NCBI GenBank assembly: GCA_012295275.1
Contig: CM022673.1
Coordinates: 25,234,001-25,298,000, forward strand
Source: Chrysomallon squamiferum
Taxonomy: Eukaryota > Animalia > Mollusca
Direction of reading: 5' to 3'
DNA length: 64,000 nt
In this document: piece by piece, positions 25,684 to 60,358 of the stretch
Position numbering within the stretch: the first letter of the stretch is position 1
Layout: the number at the start of each line of letters is the position of its first letter
Notes under the pieces: generated by a model
What the model saw: the letters and a program-made list of their open reading frames with translations, nothing else
Told to the model about the DNA's origin: nothing
The model's database searches: none
Made by a program: the position numbers and the translations under genes

Positions 25684-28600
25684 TTTAAAATAATTCACTT
25701 GCAAAATTAGCTTTGTTACAATATACATACATATATATACATATGATACCTTCCATAAATTAAAATAATGTATATTATTTACTTTGGTTTAGAAGTATTT
25801 GTGACCAGTGATACATTTTACTTTGTTTAAACCTTTTATTTTGTATGTTAACAATCATAAAATTGCATTTCAGTAATTGTCGTTTCTTGGTTCACTCTGA
25901 ACTAAATTTCTCCTTTTTTTTTTCTTTTTTTTAGTATAGATAAAATATACAACATACTTTTCTTCTGTAGAAATGTCTGTATTTATATTTTGCTGTTGAC
26001 AAATGATCACATTAATCATTTGTTGGAAGGTATCGTATTAATGGCCTAACAAATATTTCCCTTTAAAACAAAACGACAATATAGAAAGAAGCAGCAGATA
26101 ACATTTTAAAAATAATTATTTGTTCCTTAGTTTAGCATAAAAATATTTAAACTACATTTGAATTTGTTTTGAGATTTCAAAACAATGGTAATTAAAACAA
26201 AAGTTTATTCCGGATGATTGTTATACATTTTATTTTGAACTTTAGTAATGATTGCTTGAGTGTTGTCACTAACTGTTACTATTAAAGATAAAAATACACT
26301 TTCACATTTTCTATTCAGTAGTTCAGTAAACTTAAAACATAGTGGTCTGGTGCTTCTTTTTCTTCATTATTTTTCAGTCAAATTGATTTTATTTTGCAAC
26401 TTACTTTGAAACACTTGACCTGAGTGTAACACTTTCGTTATATTTTGATTTTCCTGCTTCTACAATCAAATAAAAGTTTCTTCAGAATTATTTTTTTCTT
26501 CTGTTGTTGATCATCACAGAGCTCAACCTTAGAATTATTACCCTGGGCTTACTAGTACCTCCCCAGGGATGTCAGAAATATTAACCCAAGTAGTCTGCCT
26601 GGCTACCAGGTTTTTTTTTTTTTTCCCAGTGACTTCTTTTCAAGACATTCATCCATATCTGAATTTCCACTTTTAATGAGTATTTAAAATTTTTATCTTT
26701 AATATAATTTTCCAGTGAAATTACTTGGGATTTGATTAATATAAATAATTTCAAATCAGGATTTCAAATGGGGAAAGGCAAATGTGTGATATTTGTGATG
26801 GGAACTGCCACAAAACTAGATAATACACTAAATGTGTGCTGGAACGGGGTACTTAATTTCCATTTGTACCTTTTTTTTGTTTTTTTTTTTTTTTTTAAAC
26901 CTTTTACCAATATAAAAGAATAAACACAATCTGTCTTACAAAGATGTTTATTTATCCCATGATTGCACATATTTCCCTTTAAATTACATACATGTATTAA
27001 TTTAAGAACATTTATTTACATTTTAGCTACATTATAATCAGCACTCAACATACTGAATTTTCAGTATCTCACATTATGTTCTGCTGCACACTGATGGAAT
27101 ATTTTATATAAAATCAAAAAATAAGTAAAAGTACTGAGGTGATCAGACGTTTTCAAGTCAATGATTTCTTCACATGAAATGTTTTGCAATAGTAAAATGG
27201 AGGGGTAAAGATTAACAATAAATGTAAATGGTTTAATAAATTCATTTGTTCTAAATGTGAAGTGAGGACAACCTCAATGCAGAAACAAAAACAATCCACA
27301 AAATTTAAATGTTTGAATTAAAGCACTATTAAAAAAAAAAAAAAAATCTCTGCATATACCACTAAAACATGTTTAACACTGATAAACATGTTGCAGTTCA
27401 AATTATATTTTTTAAAACAAATTCTTCTACAAATATTTCCTGAATTAGTTAAAAATCTTCTTTTCTTTATTAATTTATTATAAAAATTTGTTGGTCCCTA
27501 CATCTTAAAATGGTCCCAAATGTTTGTTTTTTCAAGTTGCTTGAATTTACACGACTGATAAAATTGTATAGTTACTTAATTAAATTAAACCTAACAAGAA
27601 TGTTATTTTGTATACATATTTTAAAAATTCCATGGTAAAGATGAATGAGATGTTCAAAAAATTATTTAAGAAAAAATAAATAAAATAAATCTGTTAAATT
27701 TGATGGCTCTGTGGCCTGTATATTAATTAAAAATACTTGAAAATCATTTCAATAAATTAAACACTACAGCTTTGAGTCACCACATGTTCTTTTCTTTTGG
27801 AATCTCAGTCTTTAACAAAATATTAAATATGTTGCCTCTCCCACAAATAAAAACTTCTTGTTTTATTTATAATTCTTAAATATCTGTAACTGTCATTTGT
27901 TTGTTAATTACCATAATGTCATATTCAAAAAAAATACATACAAGTATTAATGTTTTTATAAAGTTTTAAAAGGTGTCTATGTTTCATGAATATAAAAACT
28001 AGGAATGCTATTTCAGACATATTCTGCATTAGAACAGTACAAAATATGTTATACACAAAATACTTAATATTTGTAATATTCAAAGTGCTGTGCAGGTTTA
28101 GTAATTGCCACCTTTTTGTCATTATTAAACTGTAAATCATTTTGAATAAACTGTTACATATTCTGACAAGAATTTTGTAGGATATTTTTTAAATTTATAG
28201 TTATTTGTCTAAATGTGCTGATTCACTGGAGTGCTATGATTTTGTTACCCTCCATTAGAAGTTATTTTAAATGTATATTTTTGGTTAGTAATATTTTTAC
28301 AGCCTGAACTGTCAAAATTAACCTTTAAGCAAGCTTGCTTCTGATATACAGTGGATTCGTAACAAAATCTTACAATATTTTTTCATTATCTTGAGGCTAA
28401 CTGTATAAGAAATAACCTTCCAAATTAAAGGGAGTACAAAAGTCCATTTTGTCATGTTACAAGGCACTAAAAGAGGATGTTTTATGTCCAGCAGGTTTTC
28501 AAATACCTGCGAAATACCTGTTTTAGAATTGTCTCCTAGAGTATGTATAAACAGGAATCTTACCAAGTTCAGTAAAATGCAGCAGCTATGTGAAAAAAAA

Positions 28601-28689
28601 AATCCTCTTACTATATTGATCCAAAAGACTAAGAAATTTGGTAATTCATTAACTTCAGAGGAAAAAAACCTCACTGATGATACAACAAA

Positions 28690-28960
28690 CTGAAATGTTT
28701 ATGTAATAATGTTATAGAATATTTGTTGATTTGTCTGACTGCAAAAGTTTTATGGTCACATAATTAACTTCACTGCAATAATTTTAATATTTCTTGATTC
28801 AACAAACTGCAAAATAGGTATACAGTAATTTAAATTGTTGATTCTGCAGATTGCAAAATGTTGTGTGTAATGTAAATTTGCTGATTCAGTAGACTGCAAA
28901 ATGTTTGTGTAGTAATGTAACAAACTTTGACATTCTACAGATTGCTAAATGTTTATGATT
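28690..28960. repeat. Degenerate minisatellite, about 7 units of 35-50 bp
   Basis: Recurring (c/t)tgcaaaatg...taat...ttgatt...ga units. Confidence 0.65.
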
Positions 28961-29728
28961 ACTTAATTTTATATTCATCACAGTGATGTGATAACTACAA
29001 ATCTTGAATTGACAACTTACAGTACAATCTGTTTGACATCCTTCATAACAATACTAGATGTCACAGCAGAGTTTGTAAACACCATGATGAATTTTAATGT
29101 ACCACATTCTCAAATACAAACAGAAAATATCTATGTACAAACTTGGTGTACCCTACTACATACACATAAACATACTTACATACATACATATATACTTACA
29201 TACATCTGCACACACACACACCCAAATAAACCATACACGCGCTCTGAAATATATACATAATACAAACACAAAATTCTCTAGCATTTCACTAATTCCTTAA
29301 TTACCAACTTTTACTCCTCACTAACAATATTGTTAAAAAGCAACTGCAGGCTAAAATTTAAAATGGTAAAAAGAAATTACCTGATTCTAAATATTTAAAG
29401 AAATGCTTCAAATAAAACAACTAGATGTTACAAATAAAATGCTATAAAATAGTGTGTCTTTTTAAAAACAGTACAACAAAAGCACTAAAATAAACATTAA
29501 AAACTGATGTTTGAAACCAGTAATGCTTGATATGTTGTAATGAATAAATAAAATAAATAATCAAATAAGCTAAATCAAGTCGTTCACAATTTAAAAATTA
29601 ATAATAAAACAAGTGTTTAAAAAGCCAAAACAAATGAACTGGTATTAATTTAAAACAGTCAGAGATGAAAGTGTTTGTGACAGTCATAAAGTGGGCAAAT
29701 TAATGAGTCTTCCATCATTTATCTAGCT

Positions 29729-29763
<35 letters not shown>

Positions 29764-30754
29764 GAAGAAATAATAATAAAGAAAGAAAGACAAAAATACC
29801 CCACAAAAACCCCCAACAATAAACAATTTATGCAGTAAGAGACACATGCAGATTGAAATAAAAATTATTTCAAGTGAATAATTTATTTCCACTTCCTACC
29901 AGAAGCTCTAAGTTGCCTTGTAGAATATATTAATGAAAAAGAAGGTGCTAATAAAACAGTCCCCCAACTACAACAGTGTCTAACAATATTTATGTAACTG
30001 TTTGAACATCGTACATAAACATGCATTCAGTAATGTGTCTGTTTATCTGTTAAACAGTCTAACAGTGAAAATCATTTCTCTGAATATCATAACTTCAATT
30101 AACAAAACAAAAATAAATAAATAAAATAAAATAAAATAAAATAAAACAAAAAAATAAATAAAGAAAGAACAGAAAAGGAAGTATATTGTTATGACTTATA
30201 AATTAAACCTCTACAGTAACTTTCAGTTTTGAGAATGTTTGTTACCCATCATGTGGTGTGAGTTTAAAAAAAAAAAATGCCTGATGTATGAAAAAAAAAT
30301 AAAGACAGTATAGAATTTACTTTTGTCATTTTAACAAGTAATGACAAAAACAGAAATGTTATTCTAGTGTGATGAGATTAAAAAGACAAGACCCAAGAAA
30401 AGAGAAACATCTAAAAACCACCTTCATCTCTGACTGCAAGCTGTAGCACCAGCTAAACACTCCATTCTCTTGCCATTGTAAATAAAATTGCATAATTTGC
30501 CATCATAACCTAGAACTCTAATTCTTCTCTTCACCAAGCCTAAACGTTCCACATCCGTCAGAATTTCTAAATTTCACTTTCAAAAAAAAAAAAAAAAGTT
30601 TAGCATCCTGTTCAGTTTTGAATAGTTCCCTGTGCTGAAGAAGCCAGCGTAGCTCGTCAATAAAAACGACTGTGTTCTGTCACTAGACAGTGTTTCAAAC
30701 AGTCCAGATGTGTGAGCTGTGTGGATGGCAAGGCAGGGACTTCACTTCTCAAAC

Positions 30755-52352
<21,598 letters not shown>

Positions 52353-54983
52353 CTGTAAAAAACATTAACTTAATTATATGGATACTGACTATACATACAT
52401 TTTTTTTTTAAACTCATTCATGTTTATAAAACTGTTCTGCATGTTTGGGAAAAAAATGGGAGGAAAAGATTTATCATAAAAAATGTTCATGGTTCAAGAA
52501 ATACCTTGAAAAAAATAATTTATAATAATAATGATAATAAATAAAATGGCTGACATAAAATAAAATCATATAAATGACATATATGAATGATACACAATAA
52601 TACATTTGTTACAGCATCATCCAAAGTAACATAAAATTGGCATGGCAACTACATATTCTTTCAAAAATTAAATGAAACTATTTCGAAACTGGAAAAACTG
52701 TAAAGACTATTTTATTGTAGTTTGTCCACGATGTCTCCTTCTGTTATTTCAAACACTTTCAATAATAATTAATTTAAAAGTTTAAGTAAGGAAATAGGAT
52801 TGTTGAGGAGTGCTATGTCTTTAAAAAGAAATTCCAAAAATAGAATAATTTTCATTTTTTCAATCCATATCAAGAAACATCCAAGTCTGTGAAATCTTAC
52901 AACCTGCTTCAATTCATGGCCACAGAAAAGATGATTAAAACATTTCCGTCAAATAATGAATTTCAATACCGAGATTTCAGATGACAATTCAACTAAAACT
53001 TTCTATTTTCAGGACCTGTAATGTTACATTTTATAATTAATTCTGTATTCTATAAACCATTTCACACAATTTATTATAATTCAACAGCAACATGACAAAA
53101 GTAGGTATTCTGTGTGTGACGTGTTTGATTTGTTTATTAACATTCTCTCAGGCAAGGGAAACAGTATAAATGGTTATTTCAGTATTGTGCACGATGTGTT
53201 AATTAGCAAGTGGCTGTGGTATGGATTTGTCTCTGTCTGCTAGTGTAAAATAAAACATTTCCAATAGCATGCATTACGAGAAGGCCATTGTTTGTTTTTT
53301 TCAGGTTATCAAGCAACGTAATTAATAATACATTCTATTTGTCAGCAAAAGTGATATCCAACCAAACAATAATTTTATTTACTTCCTTCTTGTCTATTAA
53401 ATATTAAATTATCAATGAAAATCAGTCTAATATGTCATTTCTTTGCTATCCGATTCATATATTTTTTTAAAGTAAGTCACCGTTTGTTGTTTTTTTCTGA
53501 TACATTTATATCAATATTTAAAAGTATAAAACTGAAATATAAGTATAACGTGTTTTAAAATTGCACACAACATCTGGCAAACACCTGGATTGAAATAAAA
53601 AAAATGGTTTGTTTGTTGTTGCTTGTTTTGTCTGCTGGGAGACTGTATGCTATTGGGAAATCTCTGTAGTGGTTCTGGGTGTCGTGGTATGGAATGATTC
53701 CAGTGAGGTTAATCAATATTTACTGAGAGTGTAATGGCCCAGTAACTTGAAATTCCTTATAGCTGATGGAGCCACTGTTAACACTCATTATTATTACTGA
53801 AGAAACAGGGAGTTACACAATGGTATTATACAGCATGAAAAAGATTATACTGATTAAGTAATCAATACGACTGTTAAATAATTTCAAAATTAACCTTTCG
53901 AAGGCCATGACTAGTAGCTAGTACATTTAACATAATGGTTTTAAAAGTAAGTAACACATTTTTTTTCTCTTTCTTTTCAAAAAATTTAGCTCTGAAAAGA
54001 TTTAAAGAGAAATAATAATAAAATAAATAATAAATAATAATAATAATATATAAATAAATAAATAAAAAACAGCTTTTTATATATTTATATGGGCTTGTTT
54101 ATTATGGATGTCTTGCTGAAAAATATATTAGAAGTTTGGTTTACTATTTATGCAATATAGCATATTAATTACCAGTAAAAAGGAAAATTTGAAGTTGTTT
54201 ATTATATAAAGAATCATTATCAGTTATGTGGTATTTATATTTATATTACTGGTACCCATTATTAGCTCATTATCTTCACAGCATTACTCTGAATTTAGAG
54301 TTGAAACTTAAAAGTGTTTTGTCTATTATTTATTATTTTTGGCATATTCCATAAACATGAACTGATAATTAAGCATTTAAAAATTTAGTTTTTATTACAG
54401 AATAACAAAAATGAAGACTGTTCTCAAATCAACAGCTTATAATTATAACTGGTTAACTATCTTCTGGTGAAACAAAACCCAAACGCAATCAGTCTCGAAA
54501 CATATCTTACTCAATAACAAATAATGCATGTGTTTCAGTCAAGGTATGCTTGAAGAATAATCAGAACATATGCTTTCTGTCTCTTTGTATTTTTTTAGCT
54601 GAGTTATCCTCACTGGAATAAAATCCAACAACATTGCTTGACCCAGAATATCTTCACTCCACTGTCATTCCAGCCAGATGTGCCAGTTAATCAATTCCAC
54701 AGAAGACTGTCTAATCAGTTAACATGAACTGATTTCCATGATCAAAAACACACAAGAACAACAACAAAAATGCCCAGCTGATTATGTTTATTTTATAATA
54801 AGATATATTATAAATATATATATTTTTAAAAAAATTAAGAAAATGTAAAAACAGAAACAGTGATAATAAAGGAAAATAAAAGGTAATTACATTTGAAAAA
54901 ATGTATAAAACACATTTTGAAAACATTTTAAACATTGAAAATGCATAGAATAAATATATACATATGTTTTTATTTGTATATGC

Positions 54984-54986
<3 letters not shown>

Positions 54987-55032
<46 letters not shown>
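54987..55032. repeat. (TG)n microsatellite
   Basis: Read directly. Confidence 0.92.
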
Positions 55033-55034
<2 letters not shown>

Positions 55035-56261
55035 GTGGATGTGTGTGCAATTGTAAGCTTGGAGTTTAGTCTCGAACATTAACACTAAGAATCAATGCTT
55101 AATGAATTATGCAGTGTTAATTATTAATTTACTTGGTTCTTTGTAACTAATAATTGATCAAATGTCAATTCAGCAACAGTACAATGAAAAGGAAATTTCT
55201 ACTGAAAATTAAAACAGAAGTACATGTCTCTCAAAAATATATTCTATGTATGTAATTGGATAGCTTGACAGCAGTATGATTCATTGATTGCAATTTTTAA
55301 GAATCATGAATATGAGACAAAATTTTGTTTTCTGATATAAGTCTGTTATCATAAAAATTGAAGTAGTATTTTATTTCAGTGTTATTATTATTTGTAATTC
55401 ATTTCTGCGATTTTTTTTTTTTTTTTAATGTCGATAAGGGAAGCTGCTTTCACATACATTTTTCTAACTTTTTAATGTAAAAATGGGCACAAATATTTAA
55501 ATTTTAATATTATTAAACATTTGGAAAACAATTTTAATTCTGTGTACGTGTGTGTGTGTGTCAAATTCATTTTCTTCTTGATGTGTATGTGTACATAACA
55601 TTGTTTCTACTAAATGTATTACCACAAAATATTTCCTGTTTATTTCTTCAGTTAATATATATATATATATTTTTATTTTTATTATTACTAATTTATTATT
55701 ATTTTTGTTTAACAATATTTAAAAATAAAAAAATAACAGTAAAATATAAAATATTAAATTACCACTGAAAAGAAATGAACACTGAAAAACAGAAATGTCA
55801 TTTTAAATTGGATGATGCCGGTGTCTTGATTAACTTCCATTCCATCATTTCCTTCTGTGAAAGGTCTTTACTGTACGGTTTTCAAATTTTATGTGTTCAG
55901 AATTATTTAATATTGACAATTAATTAATTTTAAACATAATATTTTATATCGGTCTGGATAAAAATATCTAAATTAACAAATTTTGTGTATGTTTTTCTTC
56001 CTTGATATGAAGTATGCCTACCTTTAGTTGAGGTCACAGTTGCAATGTAAAAGAAGATATGTACAGTAGCACAAGACGCTCATACTCAACAAAAATGATT
56101 GATTTTTCTCCTGTATACCAGACAGATTCAAACTTGCCCTAACAGTGCTCCAAATTTATCATGAGATTGCCAGCTAAGATGTGTATATTACATGCAGGAT
56201 GTGTTTGTACATGAATGGCTGATGGCTTTAGTTCTTTCACTGAAAGATATTACAAAACAAC

Positions 56262-56292
<31 letters not shown>

Positions 56293-59073
56293 TATGAACA
56301 AACATTTGAGAAAGAAGATACACTGTATTTGAAATCTGGTAAGTGCTAAAAAAAGATTTAATGATTTCACGAAGGGGAAATGTTCTGAAAGAGCAAAGTA
56401 CAATGTAACGGGAATGGTTCTGCACAATTACACATAACAGAGATGTTGTTAAGTGCTACTCAAATCATGTTAAATGACCAACTGATTATTTTAAACAAGG
56501 TTCCACACCCTCAAATCAAGCCAACTACTCAGCACACCAAAATTCTAGTTTCTAAATTGGCACATTTATCAACAAAAATTTATTTAACAGTCTTTGCTGA
56601 TACAAGAACAAATTGTGCTAACACACATATACATCTGCTTCAAAAGTGTGTTTGGTACACTGATATAAAATGCTGTGAATATTCCTCTAAATTTTTTAAC
56701 TCTGTTTTTGTTACCGATATTTGAAAATCATAACTATAGCATCTAAATTATTATGAGGTTTTCTGTGACTCATCCATGTTTCAAAAGAAAGGATGCCAGA
56801 CCTTCAACCATTAAGTTCTAAATATGGAATACTGTTAATACAAGCACACATAATGTGCTGAAGTCAAATCTCCATAATTAAAACTTTTGGAGAAAATGTC
56901 TTACTTTATTATTATTTATATTATTTCTGTTATATGGAATAGTAATAAAACAAATAAAATAAAATTTTAAAATTATATTTCAGTTATTGCATATGTGTGT
57001 TTAAAAATCCTGCTATTATTTTTTTTATTTATTTATTATTTTTTTTTTTTATTTTTTATTTTTTTTTTATTTTATTTTTTGATATATCAAGATATTAATT
57101 AATAAAAACATTATCCGTAACAACTATCTGGCTTTCAAGGTCATTATTATATAAACCATAAAGATCCCCAGGGCCTCGACTAAATCTGAAACCTGATTTG
57201 TATGTTAAAGCCAAAGATAAGAAGAAATTTCCTTGCAGTGATAAAAAAAATGTTTTTAAATGTCAAAGTATTTTCCTTTCTATCTCCTGGTTCAATCTGC
57301 CTTTGATTGATTATTTGAAAGCTCATTTCTGTAACCATTACCAAACTCTAGGTGTGAATTGGCTGTGGCATTCACTCCCACTCTGAGATATAATTAATTC
57401 CAATTTTAGAAGCTGGATATTTAACACTGTTTCCAAGGTAACTAAACCAGGGATCAGCCTTAAAACAAAAAAGCTTATATCAGAGGTAGAATAAATGTAA
57501 TATTATAAATACAGTTTCAAATAAATGAATACATTACATTTCATGGCTATTTGTTTGTCAGTGTTAAAAGTAAGATTATAAACAGAAACTGTTGGTCATT
57601 CAACCTATCACCCAAAAGACTGATTCATTTTTTTTATTTCAATTAAATATACACAACAAGGAACAATATCAGGAAATAACCTTTCAGACAAAATTTCATA
57701 CTCATCAATCAAATAGTTTGTTAGATTACAGGTCACCACAATTTGGCAAAATTTGCCCACAAATGAGTGATTCATATTTTTTACAGATGGTGTATTTCCA
57801 CTTCTGAAAAAGCCAGGTTGTTAAATTAAAAAAACAACACAAAAACACACACACACACACCAACATGAATCAACAGGGATCAGCCTGAAATTCAATTATT
57901 AAATAATGGCCAGAGGTTTTTCTGGAAGAATCCCAAAAAGCTTTTTCCCATTATGGCCAGCACACCATTAATGGTTTACCAAAGGCTAGCCTATTTATTA
58001 AGAGAAGAAATATATAAATATATATATATATATGTGAGAGATCTGGTGTTGTTCGTAATTTACCTGATAATAAGAATAGCTCAAATACTAACAGAAAAAG
58101 GTTTCTGTGCTTACATCATCCTAATACCAAAAACAACATATGCTTGACACCATTCATTCATTCCATTTCTATCAGTTAAATATATTCCTGACCCACTATA
58201 TTAATCAAACTACATTTAATCTATGTCTTTCACCTGATGACTATGTATTCTTCGTACACACTCGATTTGACACTGTTCATAAGCATATTTATCATTCCAC
58301 TTTCTCTCCCCCTCTAATTGATAAGGCTGATAATTATTTGGAATGTATGCATATCACTATCAGAGAGAAATGATTGATTGTTTGAGTCAACAACACAGAA
58401 ATAGATTTCTGGTAGAATTTACACTCAGGAAAGCTAGATTCTTTCATTATCAGTTCTGTCAGCCTGGAACAAGCTGCTATATATTTTTAACACACCAAAG
58501 TAAATGTATTAAACTTTTAAACTGAAATTAAATAACAGTATTTTTATAAATATGATTTTTGAAAAGTTATTTGTTGTGCCTGTAATTTTAGTTTACTCTA
58601 ACACAGATACACACTCACATAAATGAGAGAAAAAAAAACCAACAAGACTATCGTTGATCAAGTAATAAGTCAAATATCAAAGCAGAGCCATACAACTATA
58701 AATTTTCAAAAAGACATCAATGGTTGCTTTTTTTTTTTTTTTTTTTTTTCTGTTTTTAAATTTATGATTTATAATACAGTATCCACAATTTACAATTTCT
58801 TCAATATTCCTGATTTTAATTAAGAATCCAGTTTTCCAATACAAGTATCCCACTAAGACACTATATAAATCATGGCAGTTTTTGTAAATTTTTTCAGTCC
58901 TGAACTTCTATATAATCTAACAGTGGTATATTCAGTATTCTCTTTAGTTTAAATCTCACTAAACAGAATGGTCTGTCAACAGACTGTGGCACAATAATTC
59001 ACTACTGATAATTAGATGTTTGCCTTTAACAGTTTTACTTATCAACAAATAAAACTTGAAACAACTGGATAAA

Positions 59074-59532
59074 ATAATTAGTTATCATTCAATGTAATGA
59101 TTAATATTACTAAAGAAATCTTAGATTTTATTATTCTGTTATAACACATGACCATAAAAGAATTGTGTACAACATTTTAGAATTGAATATAACATTATTT
59201 AAAAAAAAATAAATAAATAAAAAGTGGTAACTGAAATGATATTAATGATATAAAATGCTAGATTAAAAGATTTTAATTTAAATATTTTTTATATTTAACA
59301 ATCTAATAATCAGTTATCATTCAATGTAATGATTAATCTTACTACAGAAATCATAGATTTTATTATTCTGTTACAACACATGACAATAAAAGAACTGTGA
59401 ACAACATTTTAGAATTGAATATAACATTATTTTAAAAAAAAAGAAAAAAGTGGTAACAAAAATGATATTAATTACCACATTAAAATACTAGATTAAAAGA
59501 TTTTAATTTAAATATTCTTTGTATTTAATCTA
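59074..59532. repeat. Tandem duplication of a ~230-bp intronic unit (two diverged copies)
   Basis: Copy 1 ~59074-59305 and copy 2 ~59306-59532 both run from agttatcattcaatgtaatgattaat to tagattaaaagattttaatttaaatatt, with scattered substitutions. Confidence 0.9.
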
Positions 59533-60307
59533 TGCGAAAGCTGTGTTTCATTTATGCATTAGTTTATGTAACCTATTACAAAGGGCAAAACATCATGGAC
59601 ATTTTGCTTCTCCAGCCCACAATGGTTAATAAAGCAAATTACAAAGATCCTTGTTCATTCCCCATTAAATATACATCATATTAATATTAGCCAGTTAATA
59701 AAACTATTCATGTAACAACATTCTTTTTTTTTTTTTTTTTTGCAGTTAAAACCAAAACTTCAGTTTTCTCAAATATATTCATGGCTTTTGTAATTCTAGT
59801 GAAACAAAATAATTTATATTTCACATGAAAAACAAAGAGACCAATATTATATGAAAACAAAGCAATGAATATATTTTAGTGAATGAAAAAAATTGGGGGC
59901 TGATTTATAGCAGACTTACAGATGCCTGGGGTCCCACAAAGGTAATACTAGCCAAGATCAAAACACAGCAACATAAAATGTGATCATGAATCAGACTGAT
60001 AAAGATATACTTTCAAAATTTCATATATCTTTAATTACATTAACAGTTATATATCTTTCGACTGAAAGATGAAACCAGGAAAAAAAGAGTATGGTCATCA
60101 ATAAAATCGGCTTGTTGAGTAGCCATGTGCAAATTTATTTAAATCGATGATACATTTTTCTATTAAAAAAAAAAAAATTAAATTAAAATTAATAAATAAC
60201 TGGTAAGAACGACAGATATGTATGTGAAAAATATAACTGGCCTTCATTTTGCTGCACACAGAAATGAACTTGTCAAAGAGGGTGAATGTGAATGTGAGTG
60301 GGTGTGG

Positions 60308-60310
<3 letters not shown>

Positions 60311-60355
<45 letters not shown>
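60311..60355. repeat. (TG)n microsatellite
   Basis: Read directly. Confidence 0.92.

Positions 60356-60358
<3 letters not shown>

Noticed and set aside
28690-28960. CRISPR-like repeat/spacer appearance
   Set aside because: The repeats are short and degenerate, the context is eukaryotic, and there are no cas genes.
57448-57886. 13-nt direct repeat CAGGGATCAGCCT
   Set aside because: Only two copies, with no array, spacer structure or element hallmarks between them.
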